From positions 26,784,001 to 26,848,000 of the forward strand of contig OX597828.1 of the NCBI GenBank assembly GCA_951406725.2: a DNA stretch of 64,000 bases. Reading direction: 5' to 3'. Below the pieces are notes generated by a model. The model saw nothing but the letters and a program-made list of their open reading frames with translations. It was not told where the DNA came from and ran no database searches. Made by a program: the position numbers and the translations under genes. Positions 1 through 13,649 of the stretch are shown piece after piece. Source of the DNA: Octopus vulgaris. Taxonomy: Eukaryota. The stretch's first letter is position 1, and each line of letters begins with the position of its first letter.

Positions 1-435
1 TAAGTACTGGGGTTGATTTGTTTGAACATGACCTTTCCAGGCAGTGCCCCAACATGGTCGCAGCCCACTGACTGAGACAAATAAAAGATCAGTTTTCATT
101 TTAAACATGTTGAGTGTGTGTGTGAGTGAGAGAGAGACACAGTGTGTGTGTGTGTACGTGTGTGTGACAAAGCAAGCATTAACAGGTGTGTATTTGTCTC
201 TGACGTGTATGTGTGTAGTCATATATCTATGTGTGTCTATAAATCTATAAATATTTGTGTGTGTGTATGTGTGTGAGAGAGAGTGAGCATGGATGCAAAT
301 TTGAGTGCCTATGTATATGTTTGTATATACGTATGCGTATATCTATATGTAACTGTGTACAGCTACGCATTTCTATGTGCGTTGGTATATATATACCTTC
401 ATAGATACATACATGTATGTGTGTGTGTGTGTTCA

Positions 436-577
436 TCTGTCTATCTATCTGTCCGTCTATTTATCTATCTCTCTACCTGTCTGTCTATCTATCTATATAT
501 CTACCTGTCTGTCTATCTATCTATATATCTACCTGTCTATCTATCTGTCTATCTATCTATATATCTACCTGTCTATA

Positions 578-623
<46 letters not shown>

Positions 624-778
624 CCTGTCTGTCTATCTGTCTACCTGTCTGTATGTCTATCTTAACCTGTCTGTCTATCCACCTGTCTATCTGTCTGTCT
701 GTCTGTCTATCTACCTATCTGTCTGTTTGTGTCTCTTTCTCTACACACATACAATTATACATACACATACATACATGC

Positions 779-837
<59 letters not shown>

Positions 838-840
838 CAT
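436..840. repeat. Compound microsatellite (TCTA/TCTG)n followed by (CA)n
   Basis: Directly visible tetranucleotide and dinucleotide runs; these produce the low-complexity ORFs 283..1159. Confidence 0.95.
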
Positions 841-959
841 CTATACATTGTTCTATGTGTGTGATAAAAATTACTCCAATTTTAGTTTGAAAAATAATTA
901 CAGTTTATGTTTTGGCCATTATGCATTACAAGGAAACAATGGTTTCATGGTACATTGTC

Positions 960-1041
<82 letters not shown>

Positions 1042-1417
1042 TTTTCTTCTCTTTCTAGAACTTTCCATTTGTGTTTCTTCTCATACCTTGTTTATTTTTA
1101 TAATTGTTTTATTTAATTATTATTCTCATTATATTTCTATATTTCTAAACTTATTTTAACCCTTTTTGTTTTCTCTCTTCTCCCTCTTTCCAAAGTGCTT
1201 CTGTCGACGGTGGTGGTCATGGTGGTGGTGGTGCTTGTTTATCCTATCTACATGGAGTATTTCATGAAAAGGCTTTCTACTTGCTCTCTCTTTGTCTCTC
1301 TTTCCTTTCCTCTCTCTCTCTCTCTCTCTCTGTCTTTATATGTCCTTCTCTCTTACTTTCTGCCCCCTCTCTCTCTACCTCTCCTTACCTGCTCACTCTC
1401 TTCTTTCCACTCTCTGT

Positions 1418-1539
1418 CCTTGAATCTCCTTCTCTCTCTTCCACATTCCCTCTCCATCCTTGAATCTCCTTCTCTCTCTTCCACATTCCCTCTCCATCCT
1501 TGAATCTCCTTCTCTCTCTTCCACATTCCCTCTCCATCC
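1418..1539. repeat. 40-bp pyrimidine-rich minisatellite, 3 copies
   Basis: TGAATCTCCTTCTCTCTCTTCCACATTCCCTCTCCATCCT starts at 1421, 1461 and 1501. Confidence 0.95.
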
Positions 1540-1597
1540 CTCCTCTATCTCTCCTGTGTGTCTCTTTCTCTGTATCCCTCCCTCTATATGTACCACC

Positions 1598-1637
<40 letters not shown>

Positions 1638-2716
1638 CAAACATCTACCATGATAAAAATTTGAAATGAAAAAAAATATTACCTTGGTATCATCCCTCCA
1701 TCCCACAAAAAAAAATTGTAAAAACAAAACAAAACATAAGTTGCAAATGTTAACTAAATAATAATAATAATAATAATGATAATAATAATAATGACAATAA
1801 TAATAATAAAATAAATACATATATAATAAGAAACACAAAAGAAAGTAAAAAAAACAAACAATAACAAACAATACAATTGGAAGAGATGGAGAAGAAGAAG
1901 AAGAAGTAGAAAGAAAAACATAACGAAGATGACAACTACAAAAGACAACCACCACAACAACAACAACAACAACAACAACAATAATAATAATAACAATATT
2001 AATAAGCAAACATGAAGCAAAACCAAATTTCATCTTGAAACTTGGAAAATTCATTAAAATTTTCTCTTTATCATCTCGCTAGTATTCTTGATTGCGATAA
2101 CTGCAAGTGTACAGATATTTCAACAAAACAAGTATTATTATTATCATTATCATCATTATTATTATCATTATTATTATTTTTGTTATCATTATTACTATTA
2201 TTATTATTATTTAAAATAATATTATTGTTATTATAATTGTTACTGTTATTATTACAATTATTATTATTATTATTATTATTATTTGTGGTTTTGACTTTTT
2301 TGTATTTTTGTTGTTTTCTGCATTTTGTTTTTTTTTTTCTTTTGTTTTTTGTTTTTTCTAAATTATTTTTACCACTTTTGTTTTTGAGAATTCAATGAGA
2401 AATATGATAAGAAAAAGCTAAAGTGTTTATTTTGTAATTAGTGTGGGAAATTCTATCTGCAGTTGACGTGAGTGGCAATCTATTAACGCTGTTACCATTC
2501 TTCATCATTCCTTCTTCTTCTTCATTGTCGTCACTGTTCCTTTTTTTTTTTTTTTTTCTTTCCTTCTTCTTCATTTTGTTCCTGAATGGCTACTGTGACA
2601 ATTGTGCCATTCTGCCTTCCTCTTTGGGTTTTCTGTTTTTTGATACATTTTATTTATTCATTTTTTTTTGCATTTTGGAGCCCTGTCAAACAAAAGACTC
2701 ATTCCGAAACATACAT

Positions 2717-2719
<3 letters not shown>

Positions 2720-2754
<35 letters not shown>

Positions 2755-2803
2755 GCATACACACACATTCACATATATACATATGTGTGTGTTTCTATAT
2801 TTG

Positions 2804-2836
<33 letters not shown>

Positions 2837-3645
2837 ATATATTATATGTATATATTATATGTATATATGTACGTATATATATGTATATATATGTATAAAT
2901 TTGTATGTTTGTATATATATATATGTATGTATATGTATATATTTATGTATATGTATATATTTATGTATGTATATGTATATATTTATGTATATGTATATAT
3001 TTATGTATGTATATATATATTTATATGTGTATGTATATATTTATACGTGTATGTATATATTTATGTATATGTGTGCATCTATATATATATATATTTATGT
3101 ATATGTGTGCATCTATATATATATATATATATGTATGTATATATATATGTATATATATGTATGTATATATATATGTATATATATGTATGTATATATATAT
3201 GTATATATATGTATGTATATATATATGTATATATATGTATGTATATATATATGTATATATATGTATATATATATATGTATATATATGTATGTATATATAT
3301 ATGTATATATATGTATGTATATATATATGTATATATATGTATGTATATATATATGTATATATACATGTATATGTATACGTATGTATATATATATGTATAT
3401 ATACATGTATACGTATATATATATATTTTTATGTATATATATATGTATACGTATGTATATATATATGTATATATACATGTATACGTATATATATATTTTT
3501 ATGTATATATATATGTATACGTATGTATATATATATGTATATATACATGTATACGTATATATATATATATTTTTATGTATATATATATATATGTATATAT
3601 ATGTGTATATATGTGTGTGTTATATATATATATATATATATATTA
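2720..3645. repeat. Long compound (TA/TG)n microsatellite with higher-order periodicity
   Basis: About 0.9 kb of ATATGT/ATAT variants; it explains the 401-aa and 368-aa YIYM ORFs. Confidence 0.95.
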
Positions 3646-3666
3646 ATGGATATGTATATATATTTA

Positions 3667-4040
3667 CTCTCTTACTTGCTTTAGTCATTTGACTGCGGCC
3701 ATGCTGGAGCACCGCCTTTAGTCGATCAAATCAAACCCGGGACTTATTCTTTGTAAGCCTAGTACTTATACTATCAGTCTCTTTTGCCAAACTGCTAAGT
3801 GACGGGGACATAAACACACCAGCATTGATTGTCAAGCAATGCTGGGGCAACAAACACAGACACACAAACATACACATACACACACATATATATACGTATA
3901 CACAACAGGCTTCTTTCAGTTTCTGTCTACCAAATCCATTCACAAGGCTTTGGTCTGCCCGAAGCTATAGTAGAAGACACTTGCCCAAGATGCCATGTGG
4001 TTGATAAGCAAGCTACTTACCTCACAGCCACTCCTGTGCC
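3667..4040 (-). mobile_element. tRNA-derived SINE family A, with a 25-bp internal deletion removing the B box
   Basis: Reverse complement of the 7382-7795 copy, lacking CGCAGTGGGACTGAACCCGGAACCA. Confidence 0.9.
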
Positions 4041-4557
4041 TGCACACAGCCATTTGCATATATATATATATGTGTGTGTATATATGTATGTGTATATGTG
4101 TATATATGTATGTGTGTGTATATATATATGTGTGTGTGTATATATGTGTGTGTACATATATATGTGTGTGTGTGAGTGTATGTACATATATGTATGTGTA
4201 TATATATATGTATGTGTATATGTATATATATGTATGTGTATATGTATATATATGTATGTGTATATATATATGTATATATATATATGCATGTGTGTGTATA
4301 TATATATGTATGTGTGTGTATATATATGTAAATATATGTATGTATATTTATGTATGTATGTATATTTATGTATGTATGTATATGTACATATATTTATGTA
4401 TGTATGTATATGTACATATATTTATGTATGTATGTATATGTACGTATATTTATGTATGTATGTATATTTATGTATATATGTATATATAAATGTATATATA
4501 ATATGTATGTATGTATGTATATGTATGTATAATTCACATTTTACATATTTATTATGC

Positions 4558-4589
<32 letters not shown>

Positions 4590-4864
4590 TGTTTATATAT
4601 TATCATATTTACATGCTGCATCATATAAAATACACATCACCATTATTTCATCTTTGCATGTTTGCTGGGCGTTTTGAAAGGATCAATGGGTCAGCATTTT
4701 ACATTTCTCTACATTGTCACAGTTTCACCAAGCTCTCTACCGCTGGGTACCCTTGCAGATGCCAATAACTTTCTCAAGTTTACTAAGGTGCTCCTTTCCT
4801 ATTACCCCAACACTAATGTGGTCTTTTTGTGATTTGGGGAACGAAGAGTCCCTTTGGTTCTCAC

Positions 4865-5095
4865 TTTAACCCCTTTCATTATTCAGTTTACTCTGCCCCT
4901 GTAAAGCCTATTTATTCACACTTTCTTTTTTTCTGGTTTATCTTACATTTTCTTGAAGTTATAAGTTCTCAAAGTTGTGGGTGTTTATATTTAGAATGGC
5001 ATTGTAGGGCAGGTGTGAGAAGCCAGGTCTGGCTGGTTTGTACATTAAACAGAATATTTGGATTGGATATGCCTGATTGAAATGCTTGCATTAAG
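4865..5095. mobile_element. Old, degenerate copy of piggyBac-like MITE family P1
   Basis: Starts TTAACCCCTTT; the internal GTAGGGCAGGTGTGAGA..GGTCTGG..GTTTG matches 48223-48449. Confidence 0.6.
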
Positions 5096-5747
5096 GAAGT
5101 TGTTGAAGAGTTGAAGTATAAGGAGATGAGGAGGAGGAATATCTACAGTTTGTGGGGGAGATTCATGGCTGTCTCATATTTGGCAAGGGGGTGGGTGGGT
5201 AGGAGAAGCTTAAGTAGAATTGAGAAGAAGTAAATATAGTGATGAAGTGGTAACAGAACATGGCCTCATGGTATTGCATCCAGGAGATGTATAGAAGGGA
5301 GCATGGATATAGAAAAGTGAGGGAGGGTGGTGATTAAGTTCGTGTGTGGGAGGAGAGAGAGAGAGGGATATGAGCATGGAATGAAGGAGGAGGTTAAATG
5401 TATATGGAAGATAAATGTAGTGAATGGCGAATAAGGGTCAAAGTCGGTATGAATGGGTTATGTTTAGATAGAGAGGAGAGGAAGTGATGACTTGCAGTAC
5501 AAAGATGGTGATGTACAATGGTATATAGTTAACAGGTTCTGCTTTTGTTTCTAACAGAAGCAGAATAATACAGTGTACAGGAGAAGATTGGAAGGATATT
5601 ATATATAAAATTATGTATATTACATATACACATAATATATATAGCATTATATGTGTTGTGTAATATTATCTATATTATAACATACATGATATCATATTTA
5701 TTATATACATTGATGGTATTGTCTGTGATGATATGTATTATACTCTA

Positions 5748-5920
5748 CACGTAAAAAGCACCCACTACACTCACGGAGTGGTTGGCGTTAGGAAGGGCAT
5801 CCAGCCGTAGAAACATTGCCAGATCAGACTGGGCCTGGTGCAACCTTCTGGCTTCACAGACCCCAGTTGAACCGTCCAACCCATGACAGCATGGAAAGCG
5901 GACGCTAAATGATGATGATT
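5748..5920 (+). mobile_element. RTE-like LINE 3' UTR fragment (family C)
   Basis: GTTGGCGTTAGGAAGGGCATCCAG...GGACGCTAAA(TGA)n, same as the 3' end of the LINE at 13070-13628. Confidence 0.85.
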
Positions 5921-6006
5921 GCAATAAGAACCTTGTTCCTCTGTCCAATGCAAATTGTTGCCAGATTAAAATGATTTTCATGTAATTAATACTCTTTTCT
6001 CTTTTA

Positions 6007-6212
6007 CTCTATTATTTGTTTCAGTCATTTGACTGGCCATGCTAGAGCACCGCCTTTAGTCGAGCAAATCGACCCCAGGACTTATTCTTTGTAAGCCTAG
6101 TACTTATTCTATCGGTTTCTTTTGCTGAACCTCTAAGTTACGGGGACGTAAACACACCAGCATTGGTTGTCAAGCGATGTTGGTGGGGACAAACACAGAC
6201 ACACAAGCATAT

Positions 6213-6243
<31 letters not shown>

Positions 6244-6399
6244 CATACATATACATATATACGACAGGCTTCTTTCAGTTTCCGTCTACCAAATCCACTC
6301 ACAAGGCTTTGGTCAGCCCGAGGCTATAGCAGAAGACACTTGCCCAAGGTGCCATGTGGTTTGTAAGCAAGCTACTTACCACACAACCACTCCTATGCC
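6007..6399 (-). mobile_element. SINE family A with the same 25-bp B-box deletion
   Basis: Homologous to 7382-7795; the junction reads GTGCCA|TGTGG. Confidence 0.9.
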
Positions 6400-7381
6400 T
6401 AATGTGGAGAAATGGAATAAAACACATTGAATCTGTTCAGTTTTTTCCTTGAATTTGCACAACATTAGGAAAAGTAAAGTTTGTGTTTTATTATTGGTCA
6501 AGTTTACTTCTTCATGCCATTGAAAAAAAAATTTGGCTGTGAGCACCTCCGGTGCTATACTCACTTCAAGTGATGGTTTTGCCTTGTGAGTTACTTGGTA
6601 ACCTCATCAGTGCCTGTGCAATGTAAACAGCCCTTAGTATGCTCTGTAAAGGGGTTGACATTAGAGAGGGCATCCTACCAGAGAAACCATCCCAGAGTAG
6701 TGCCCCTGCCCTCCGGAGCTAGTTTTCCACCACATTTCTTAAAAATCGTGGTAGAGGCCTTGGACTTGGGACCACTCATGTATATAAACTGAGGCTTGTG
6801 GGTAAGCAAGGGCATGCTCCCCGTAGAAAATCCAGCTCCAAAAGCATCTCATGATAGCAACAGAGAATGGGCACCAGCTAGCCCAAAGATTGTGATGGGC
6901 TGCACCTGCCTACCTCGGTTGCTATCGCAGATCTGGCCAACCTCGTTTATGGGGACGAAACCTGGATTTAAAACATTTGATAATGATAATGATGAAGGTA
7001 GCAGCCTGGCAGAATTGTTAGCATACTGGACGAAATGCTTGGCAGTATTTCGTTTCTCTACATTCTGAGTTCAAATCCCACCAAAGTTGACTTTGCTTTT
7101 TATTCTTACGGGGTTGATGAAATAAAAATCAGTCGTGTACTGGGGTCATTCTAACTGACCAGTTCTTTTCCCTGAAAGTTCAGGCTTTGTTCCTATTGCA
7201 GAAAGAATTATGTGTGTGTGTGTGTGTGTGTGTGATAAGAAGTTTGCTTCCCAACCATATGGTTTCAGGTAGAAATTGTGAGAGTGAGAGGGAGAAAGAG
7301 AGACATTACAATTTATTAATTGAGCACAATTAAACATTTTCTGTCTCCTTATACACATAAAGAGAAATAAGCTCATCCATA

Positions 7382-7795
7382 GGCGCAGGAGTGGCTGTGT
7401 GGTAAGTAGCTTGCTAACCAACCACATGGTTCCGGGTTCAGTCCCACTGCGTGGCATCTTGGGCAAGTGTCTTCTGCTATAGCCCCGGGCCGACCAATGC
7501 CTTGTGAGTGGATTTGGTAGATGGAAACTGAAAGAAGCCTGTCGTATATATGTATATATATATATATATGTGTGTGTATATGTGTTTGTATGTCTGTGTT
7601 TGTCCCCCTAGCATTGCTTGACAACCGATGCTGGTGTGTTTACGTCCCCGTCACTTAGTGGTTCGGCAAAAGAGACCGATAGAATAAGTACTGGGCTTAC
7701 AAAGAATAAGTCCTGGGGTCGATTTGCTCGACTAAAGGCGGTGCTCCAGCATGGCCGCAGTCAAATGACTGAAACAAGTAAAAGAGAGTAAAGAG
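7382..7795 (+). mobile_element. Full-length tRNA-derived SINE family A (~410 bp)
   Basis: A-box-like TGGCTGTGTGG, B-box-like GGTTCAGTCCC, CORE-like CTTGGGCAAGT, internal (TA)/(TG) microsatellite and 3' tail CAGCATGGCCGCAGTCAAATGACTGAAACAAGTAAAAGAG. Many copies occur in the window. Confidence 0.93.
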
Positions 7796-7868
7796 TATAT
7801 AAACAAAGAGTGTGTGTGTGTTTGAGAGAGAGAGAGAAGAGGTGAAGGTGAAATAAAGAAGAGAAACA

Positions 7869-8092
7869 TTAACCCTTTAGTATTTAAACTGGCCATATCT
7901 GGCCAAAATTGCTAATCTGTTTTATGTTCAAACTGACCAGATCCAGGCTCTCACACTTACCCCATGTTATTCTACATTAAGTAATTACACCATCAAGATT
8001 TTGAAGATATGAGATAATGCATGATTAATTAAAATCAATGGAAATTAATAGGCATTATGTTTGATTGAATAATCTGAACGCTAAAGGGTTAA
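7869..8092. mobile_element. piggyBac-like MITE family P1
   Basis: TTAA-CCCTTTAG...CTAAAGGG-TTAA, i.e. terminal inverted repeats with a TTAA target duplication. Sister copies at 46855 and 48223. Confidence 0.88.
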
Positions 8093-8499
8093 AATGGCAA
8101 ATGTCAAATAAGTCAGCATCAAATCATGAACACCAAATAAGCAGTGCCAAAACAGCTGTGCCAGAATGTCTCATAGCCAGGTAGGAGACCTTTCCATACT
8201 ACCTGAATGGTTTCATGAGTGACTCACCTGTGTCCTACTTCACCAGATATTTGAATAACCTCAGGGGATATCCATGATGGACCCACTCTTTTCCCTGACC
8301 TCCCTTAATTGTATTTGCAACCTTATGACTGCTGATTTGAATGGCTTGCCCCATTCTACCCCCTCCCCTCGTTGGATGTTGCTGTTGTTCTTTCATAGCC
8401 TCAGGTCACAATGGTAGGGGTGGGGAGTAATGAAATAGCATTACTGGAAGGTTGTTGTTGTTGTGTAGCCGGAGGTGGGCATGGTTGGGGGCGATATTA

Positions 8500-9105
8500 G
8501 TAGTACTAATGGCCAAAATGATGATGTTGGTGTTGGTGGTGATGGTATAAGTCCAGGTTAATATGGTCATGGCTAGGATTGGTAGTACTTACTGTAGCAG
8601 TGGTAGTGGAACTAGTGTGGTGGTGGTGCTTGCTGATGACAATGGTGATGGGGTTGGTTGTAGTGGTGCTTGTGAGTGTGGTGGTAGTTGTGGTGGTGAA
8701 GTATTTGTTGGTGAGAGTAAAAAGAATGAGAGCAACAATCGCTTTGATGGTTGCAGTGTTGATGATGATGATGATTATGATCATGATGACAATAATGATG
8801 ACAATGGTGATGATAATGTTCACAACACTGAAGCCGATGATGTTGATAATGACAGTGGGGCGATGATGATGATGACAGCAATGATGACAATAATGCACGC
8901 GATGACGATGATGAGGATGATGACAACAACACTGATTATGACAAAATGACGATGATGATAAGGATGATGACGATGATGATGATGATGCTAAGAATGATGA
9001 CGATGATGATGATGATGCTAAGAATGATGACGATGATGATGATGATGCTAAGAATGATGATGATGATGATGCTAAGAATGATGACGATGATGATGATGAT
9101 GATGA
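8500..9105. repeat. Degenerate (GAT/GGT)n trinucleotide tract ending in a ~30-bp GATGATGCTAAGAATGATGAC minisatellite
   Basis: Directly visible; source of the poly-M, poly-S and poly-H ORFs. Confidence 0.9.
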
Positions 9106-9589
9106 CATTGGCAATAGGATGCTGCCAATGATTGGTTCTTTTCTATGCTTTTTTTGTTTTTGTACTTTTTCTTCTTAGTTCTAACAGACATTTCCCTCCC
9201 TCCCTCTCTCACTCTCTCTCTGTCTCTCCTTCTTTCTCTTGTTTTTTTTTTGTTTTTTTCTCTTTTCACAAACCAACCCACCACAATGACAGATTTTAAT
9301 GACTCCAGCTTTAGGTCGGTCTGTATCTTTTATTGATAGAAGCTTTAGGGATTACATGTTGATAGTTTAAATTTCTGTCGCCCTCTTGCAGTTTTCCCAC
9401 ACTGTCGTAATGGCATATGGCCAGGCATCACCACAAAACGACACCACTTACATGATTTTGCTTTTTCCGACATCCAAACTTTTATTGAGAGTTCATTTGG
9501 AGCTCTGACAAACACGGCAATTGCTACAGTCTGTGGCTGTTTCTGTGTGTGTATGTGTGTGTGTGTGTAATTTGGTAGAGGTGTGTATA

Positions 9590-9914
9590 CATACATGTAC
9601 ACACACACACACACACATATATGCATATATATAGGCTTACACACATACATGTATATGTACACTTATATACGCTTACACACACACATATATATAGAGAGAA
9701 ATGTATAGGCTTATATACACACACACTCATGTACACTGACACACACACAAATACATATATGAACACACACACATACATATATAAACACATACACACACAC
9801 ATATATATACACACACATATATACACACATACATATATATAGAGAAATGTATAGGCTTATATACACACACACGCACATATATACGCACAAATACATATAC
9901 GAACACACACCCAC

Positions 9915-9959
<45 letters not shown>

Positions 9960-10185
9960 GAGAGAAATGTATAGGCTTATATACACACTCATGTACACTG
10001 ACACACACGCACACATATATATACACACAAATACATATATGAACACACACACACACATATACACACACACATGCACACACACACACACATATATATACGC
10101 ACACATACATATATATATATATAGAGAGAAATGTATAGGCTTATATACACTTATATACACTGACACAACACATACACACACACAC
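9590..10185. repeat. Microsatellite-embedded higher-order repeat
   Basis: The anchor AGAGAAATGTATAGGCTTATATACAC recurs about four times (near 9694, 9841, 9961, 10125) between variable (CA)/(TA) runs. Confidence 0.85.
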
Positions 10186-10671
10186 AGCATTTCATTGCTT
10201 TGTGCTACAGTCTTTTGAATTAGATATATAATTAATATTTGTACAGCAAACTTTAATGGTTCAGCTCTGTTGTGTACACCATCTGCTCTAATATGCTGAT
10301 TCATTTGAATTTTGTCTTTAAAATATGTATATTCTGTCATTTACAGTAAGTCACACGCGCTTGCATATATATATATATATATATAAACATATATATATAT
10401 ATATATAAATAAACATATATGTGTGTGCTTTTGTTTCTTACTTAGTTTTATGTCTGCTTTTTAATGCTAGCATGGGTTAGATGAAGACTTATTGCAACTA
10501 GATGATGCATTGTTCACAGGGAATGTAAACATGATATCACTGTTTGTTCTACAGGCTGATGCAAAGCAGTGCAAATATCAACATACACACACACGTGTGT
10601 GTGTGTGTATGTGCATGTATGTACATACACACACATGCATACATACACACACACGCACACATACACACACA

Positions 10672-10850
10672 GATCGTTAGCCGCTACAGACATTTTTTTC
10701 TCTCCTTGTTTTTCTTCTGTGTCTCTTCCTGTAGAAGAGCGTAGGCTCGAAACGTAAAAGTCTTTTTCTATTCCTAAGCATTATACTAATACATCTGTTT
10801 GTTTTGTACACCACCTGTCTTTGTCTTTTGTTTTTTTCGTAAACTCTCCC
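10672..10850 (+). mobile_element. Short microsatellite-flanked element H3 carrying a hammerhead-like motif
   Basis: Bounded by (CA)n and (TA)n. Its 3' part recurs inverted at 35818-35905. Confidence 0.65.
10725..10760 (+). ncRNA. Minimal hammerhead ribozyme-like motif (variant core)
   Basis: CUUC-CUGUAGA-A-GAGC-guag-GCUC-GAAACGU-A-AAAG. Core A6 is replaced by U, so it may be inactive. Confidence 0.5.
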
Positions 10851-10940
10851 TATATATATATATGTGTGTGTGTATATATATATGTGTGTGTGTATATATG
10901 TGTGTATATATATATGTGTGTATATATATATATATGTATG

Positions 10941-10972
<32 letters not shown>

Positions 10973-11602
10973 TGTATGTGTATTTTTTTACTTGTTTCAG
11001 TCATTGAATTACTGTGATGCTGGGGCACCACCTTGAAGGGTTTTAGTTGCACAAATCAACTCTGATACTTATTTTCTTAAGTCTTATCTCTTTTGCTGAA
11101 CTTCCAAGTTATGGAGATATAAACAAACCAACACCGGTTGTTGAATGGTGGTGGGGAACAAATACAACCTATACACACACACACATCATCATCATCATCA
11201 TCACCATTCGATATCTGTTTTCCATGCTAGCATGGGTTGGATGATTTGACGGGACCCAGTGAGTACAAGGCTGTGTTGTCAGCTCTGGTGTCAGCTTTAG
11301 CATGGTTTCAGCAGCAGGAGACCCATGCCAAAGGTATTGCATTGTGGAATTGAACCCAAAACCACATGGTTACATAGCAAGTTTCTTAACTAATTTGCAT
11401 ATATTGCACATAAGCACAAGGCCTGAAATTCTACAGATGAGCTATTTAATTAAATGAAACCCAAGAAATGACTGGTACTTCATTGTATTAATTGTGGAGG
11501 GATGAAAGGGAAAGTTGATGTTTGCAATAGATGAACCCAGAGCTCAAAGAACCAAAAGAACTTCCTGGTACTTAGCTCTAATGATTTTGCTAATCTACAA
11601 AC

Positions 11603-11635
<33 letters not shown>

Positions 11636-12284
11636 TTTTGAAATTTTGACACAAGGCCAGTAATTTTAGGGGACAGGTGTGTCAATTACACTTACCTTAG
11701 TGCTTAACTGGTACTTATGTTATTGACCCCAGGGTAAAGTTGATTTTGACAGGATTTGAACTCAGATTGTAAAGAGCTAGAAGAAATGCCATTAAGCATT
11801 TTGTGTGGCTAATGATTTTGCAAGCTCACCATCTTTAATGATAATATAATGATGACGAGGATGTTTCTAATATTTGCTTACATTGACCCCAAGATTTGAC
11901 TGGTACTTAATAAACCTTGAAAGGATAGAAGGCAAAGTCAATCTGGGCAGAATTTGAACACAGAATATAAAGGGCAAGAACAACTACCAAAAGATCATTT
12001 TTAGGGACCAATTCTGCTAATCCACCTCTCTAGTAGTAGTAGCAGTGGTGGTAATGGTTTGTGACTTGAGATATAGGCGCAAGGCCAGCAGTTTTCAGTG
12101 GATGAGGGTTAGTTGATACCCTCAACCTCAGTATATTACTGCTACTTTAATTTATTGACTCACACCAGAATGATGAACGCCCAAGTTGACTTTGATAGGA
12201 TTTTGAACTCAGAATCTTATATGCCGGAACAAATATCACAAAGCATTTTTATCAATTCCCTGATGATTTTGCTAATCTATCACT

Positions 12285-12318
<34 letters not shown>

Positions 12319-13069
12319 CAGCAATAGTAGTAATAAAAAAACTGACAAGAATGAAGTTCGATAGTGTTGGATAAATAATGATTTAGAAAACGTTTGAAAA
12401 CTGGAAGGCTGCCTAGCTTTCTGCAGTTTTACCTTAATTGGTTGGCCAAACCATTCCACCATTACAGTTCAACATTTATGCACCTGTTTATTCTCGGAAT
12501 ACATTGGTGAATTGAATACTATTACTTGGTTAATATGTCACAAACATCTTGTTAGTAACATTCAAACACACACACATTCTCACATAAAATACGTGTTGTT
12601 TAATGTTTCTAAGTAATTTTTTTCCCCCAGAAATAGACATAAACTGAAATTTAATTTGTTTTTCCATTTTGGTTCTTTGTGCTCTTTTATTTATTCTTAT
12701 TTACATATTTTAAATTTAAATAAAATATTTTCATTTAATTTTTTTTTTTTTTAGTAATTTTGCTTAATTTTCACAAATCTTTTCATCATTATTGCCATTA
12801 TTTACAGTCCTGAGGCTAAAATGTTTGCAGCACCATCATATTACATGAAGGAGCTGTTAGCAGATCTTCACATAGAATATCTCTCTACTTCCATGGCTCT
12901 CTGGTAAGAGGTTTGCTTCCCAACCATATACTTCCGAGTTCAATCCCACTGCATGGTACCTTTAGCAAGTGTCTTCTACAAAAGCCTTAGGCAGACCAAA
13001 AGCCTTGTTGGTGGATTTCATAGATGGAAAGTTAAAAGAGCTTATGTGTGTGTATGTATGTATATATAT

Positions 13070-13628
13070 CATCATCATCGTTTAATGTCCGTTTTCTGTG
13101 CTAGCACAGGTTGGATGGTTCGACCGGGGTCTGGGAAGCCAGAAGGCTGGACCAGGCTCCAGTCTGATCTGGCAGTGTTTCTACAGCTTGATGCCCTTCC
13201 TAATGTCAACCACTCTGTGAGTGTAGTGGGTGCATTTTATGTGCCGCTGGCACAGGTATCATAACTGCAATTTCCATTTGATATTTATGTTGATGTACTT
13301 GACTTAATAGGTCTCCTCAAGTACAGTAGGTCACCCTACAATCCAAGGTAAGCACAGCAGGTCGTTCTGCAACCCAAGGTACTTCAGATTGTCTGGGGTT
13401 ATGCGAAACTGGTGCAGGAAGCAGCCATGAACTCACATTATTTGTCGGGTCTTTACAGTCACAGCATATCTCCAGAGACCTCGGCCTTTTGTCATTTCCT
13501 CTGTGAGGCCCAACGTTTGAAGGTCATGCTTGACTACCTCATCCCATGTCTTCCTGGCTCTCCCTCTTCCCCGGATACTTTCAACTGTTTGGGAGTGGCA
13601 CTTCTTCACATATCTCTCCTCATCCATC
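13070..13628 (-). mobile_element. 5'-truncated RTE-like LINE: end of ORF plus complete 3' UTR with (ATG)n tail
   Basis: ORF 13433..13627 (MDEERYVKKC...GRGRARKTWDEVVKHDL...W) is a typical RTE ORF C-terminus. It runs contiguously into the family C 3' UTR. Confidence 0.88.
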
Positions 13629-13649
13629 CATATATATATATATATATAT

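Noticed and set aside
283-4677. Long ORFs of up to 401 aa (YIYM-, LS- and HT-rich)
   Set aside because: They are translations of di- and tetranucleotide microsatellites that lack stop codons, and are open in several frames and on both strands.
7146-7624. Recurrent peptide 'DRLLSVSVYQIHSQGFG...EDTCPRCHAVGLNPEPCGW' suggesting a gene family
   Set aside because: It is the antisense translation of SINE A copies.
8506-9131. Poly-Ser/His/Met/Asp ORFs
   Set aside because: Trinucleotide-repeat tract with no domain-like sequence.
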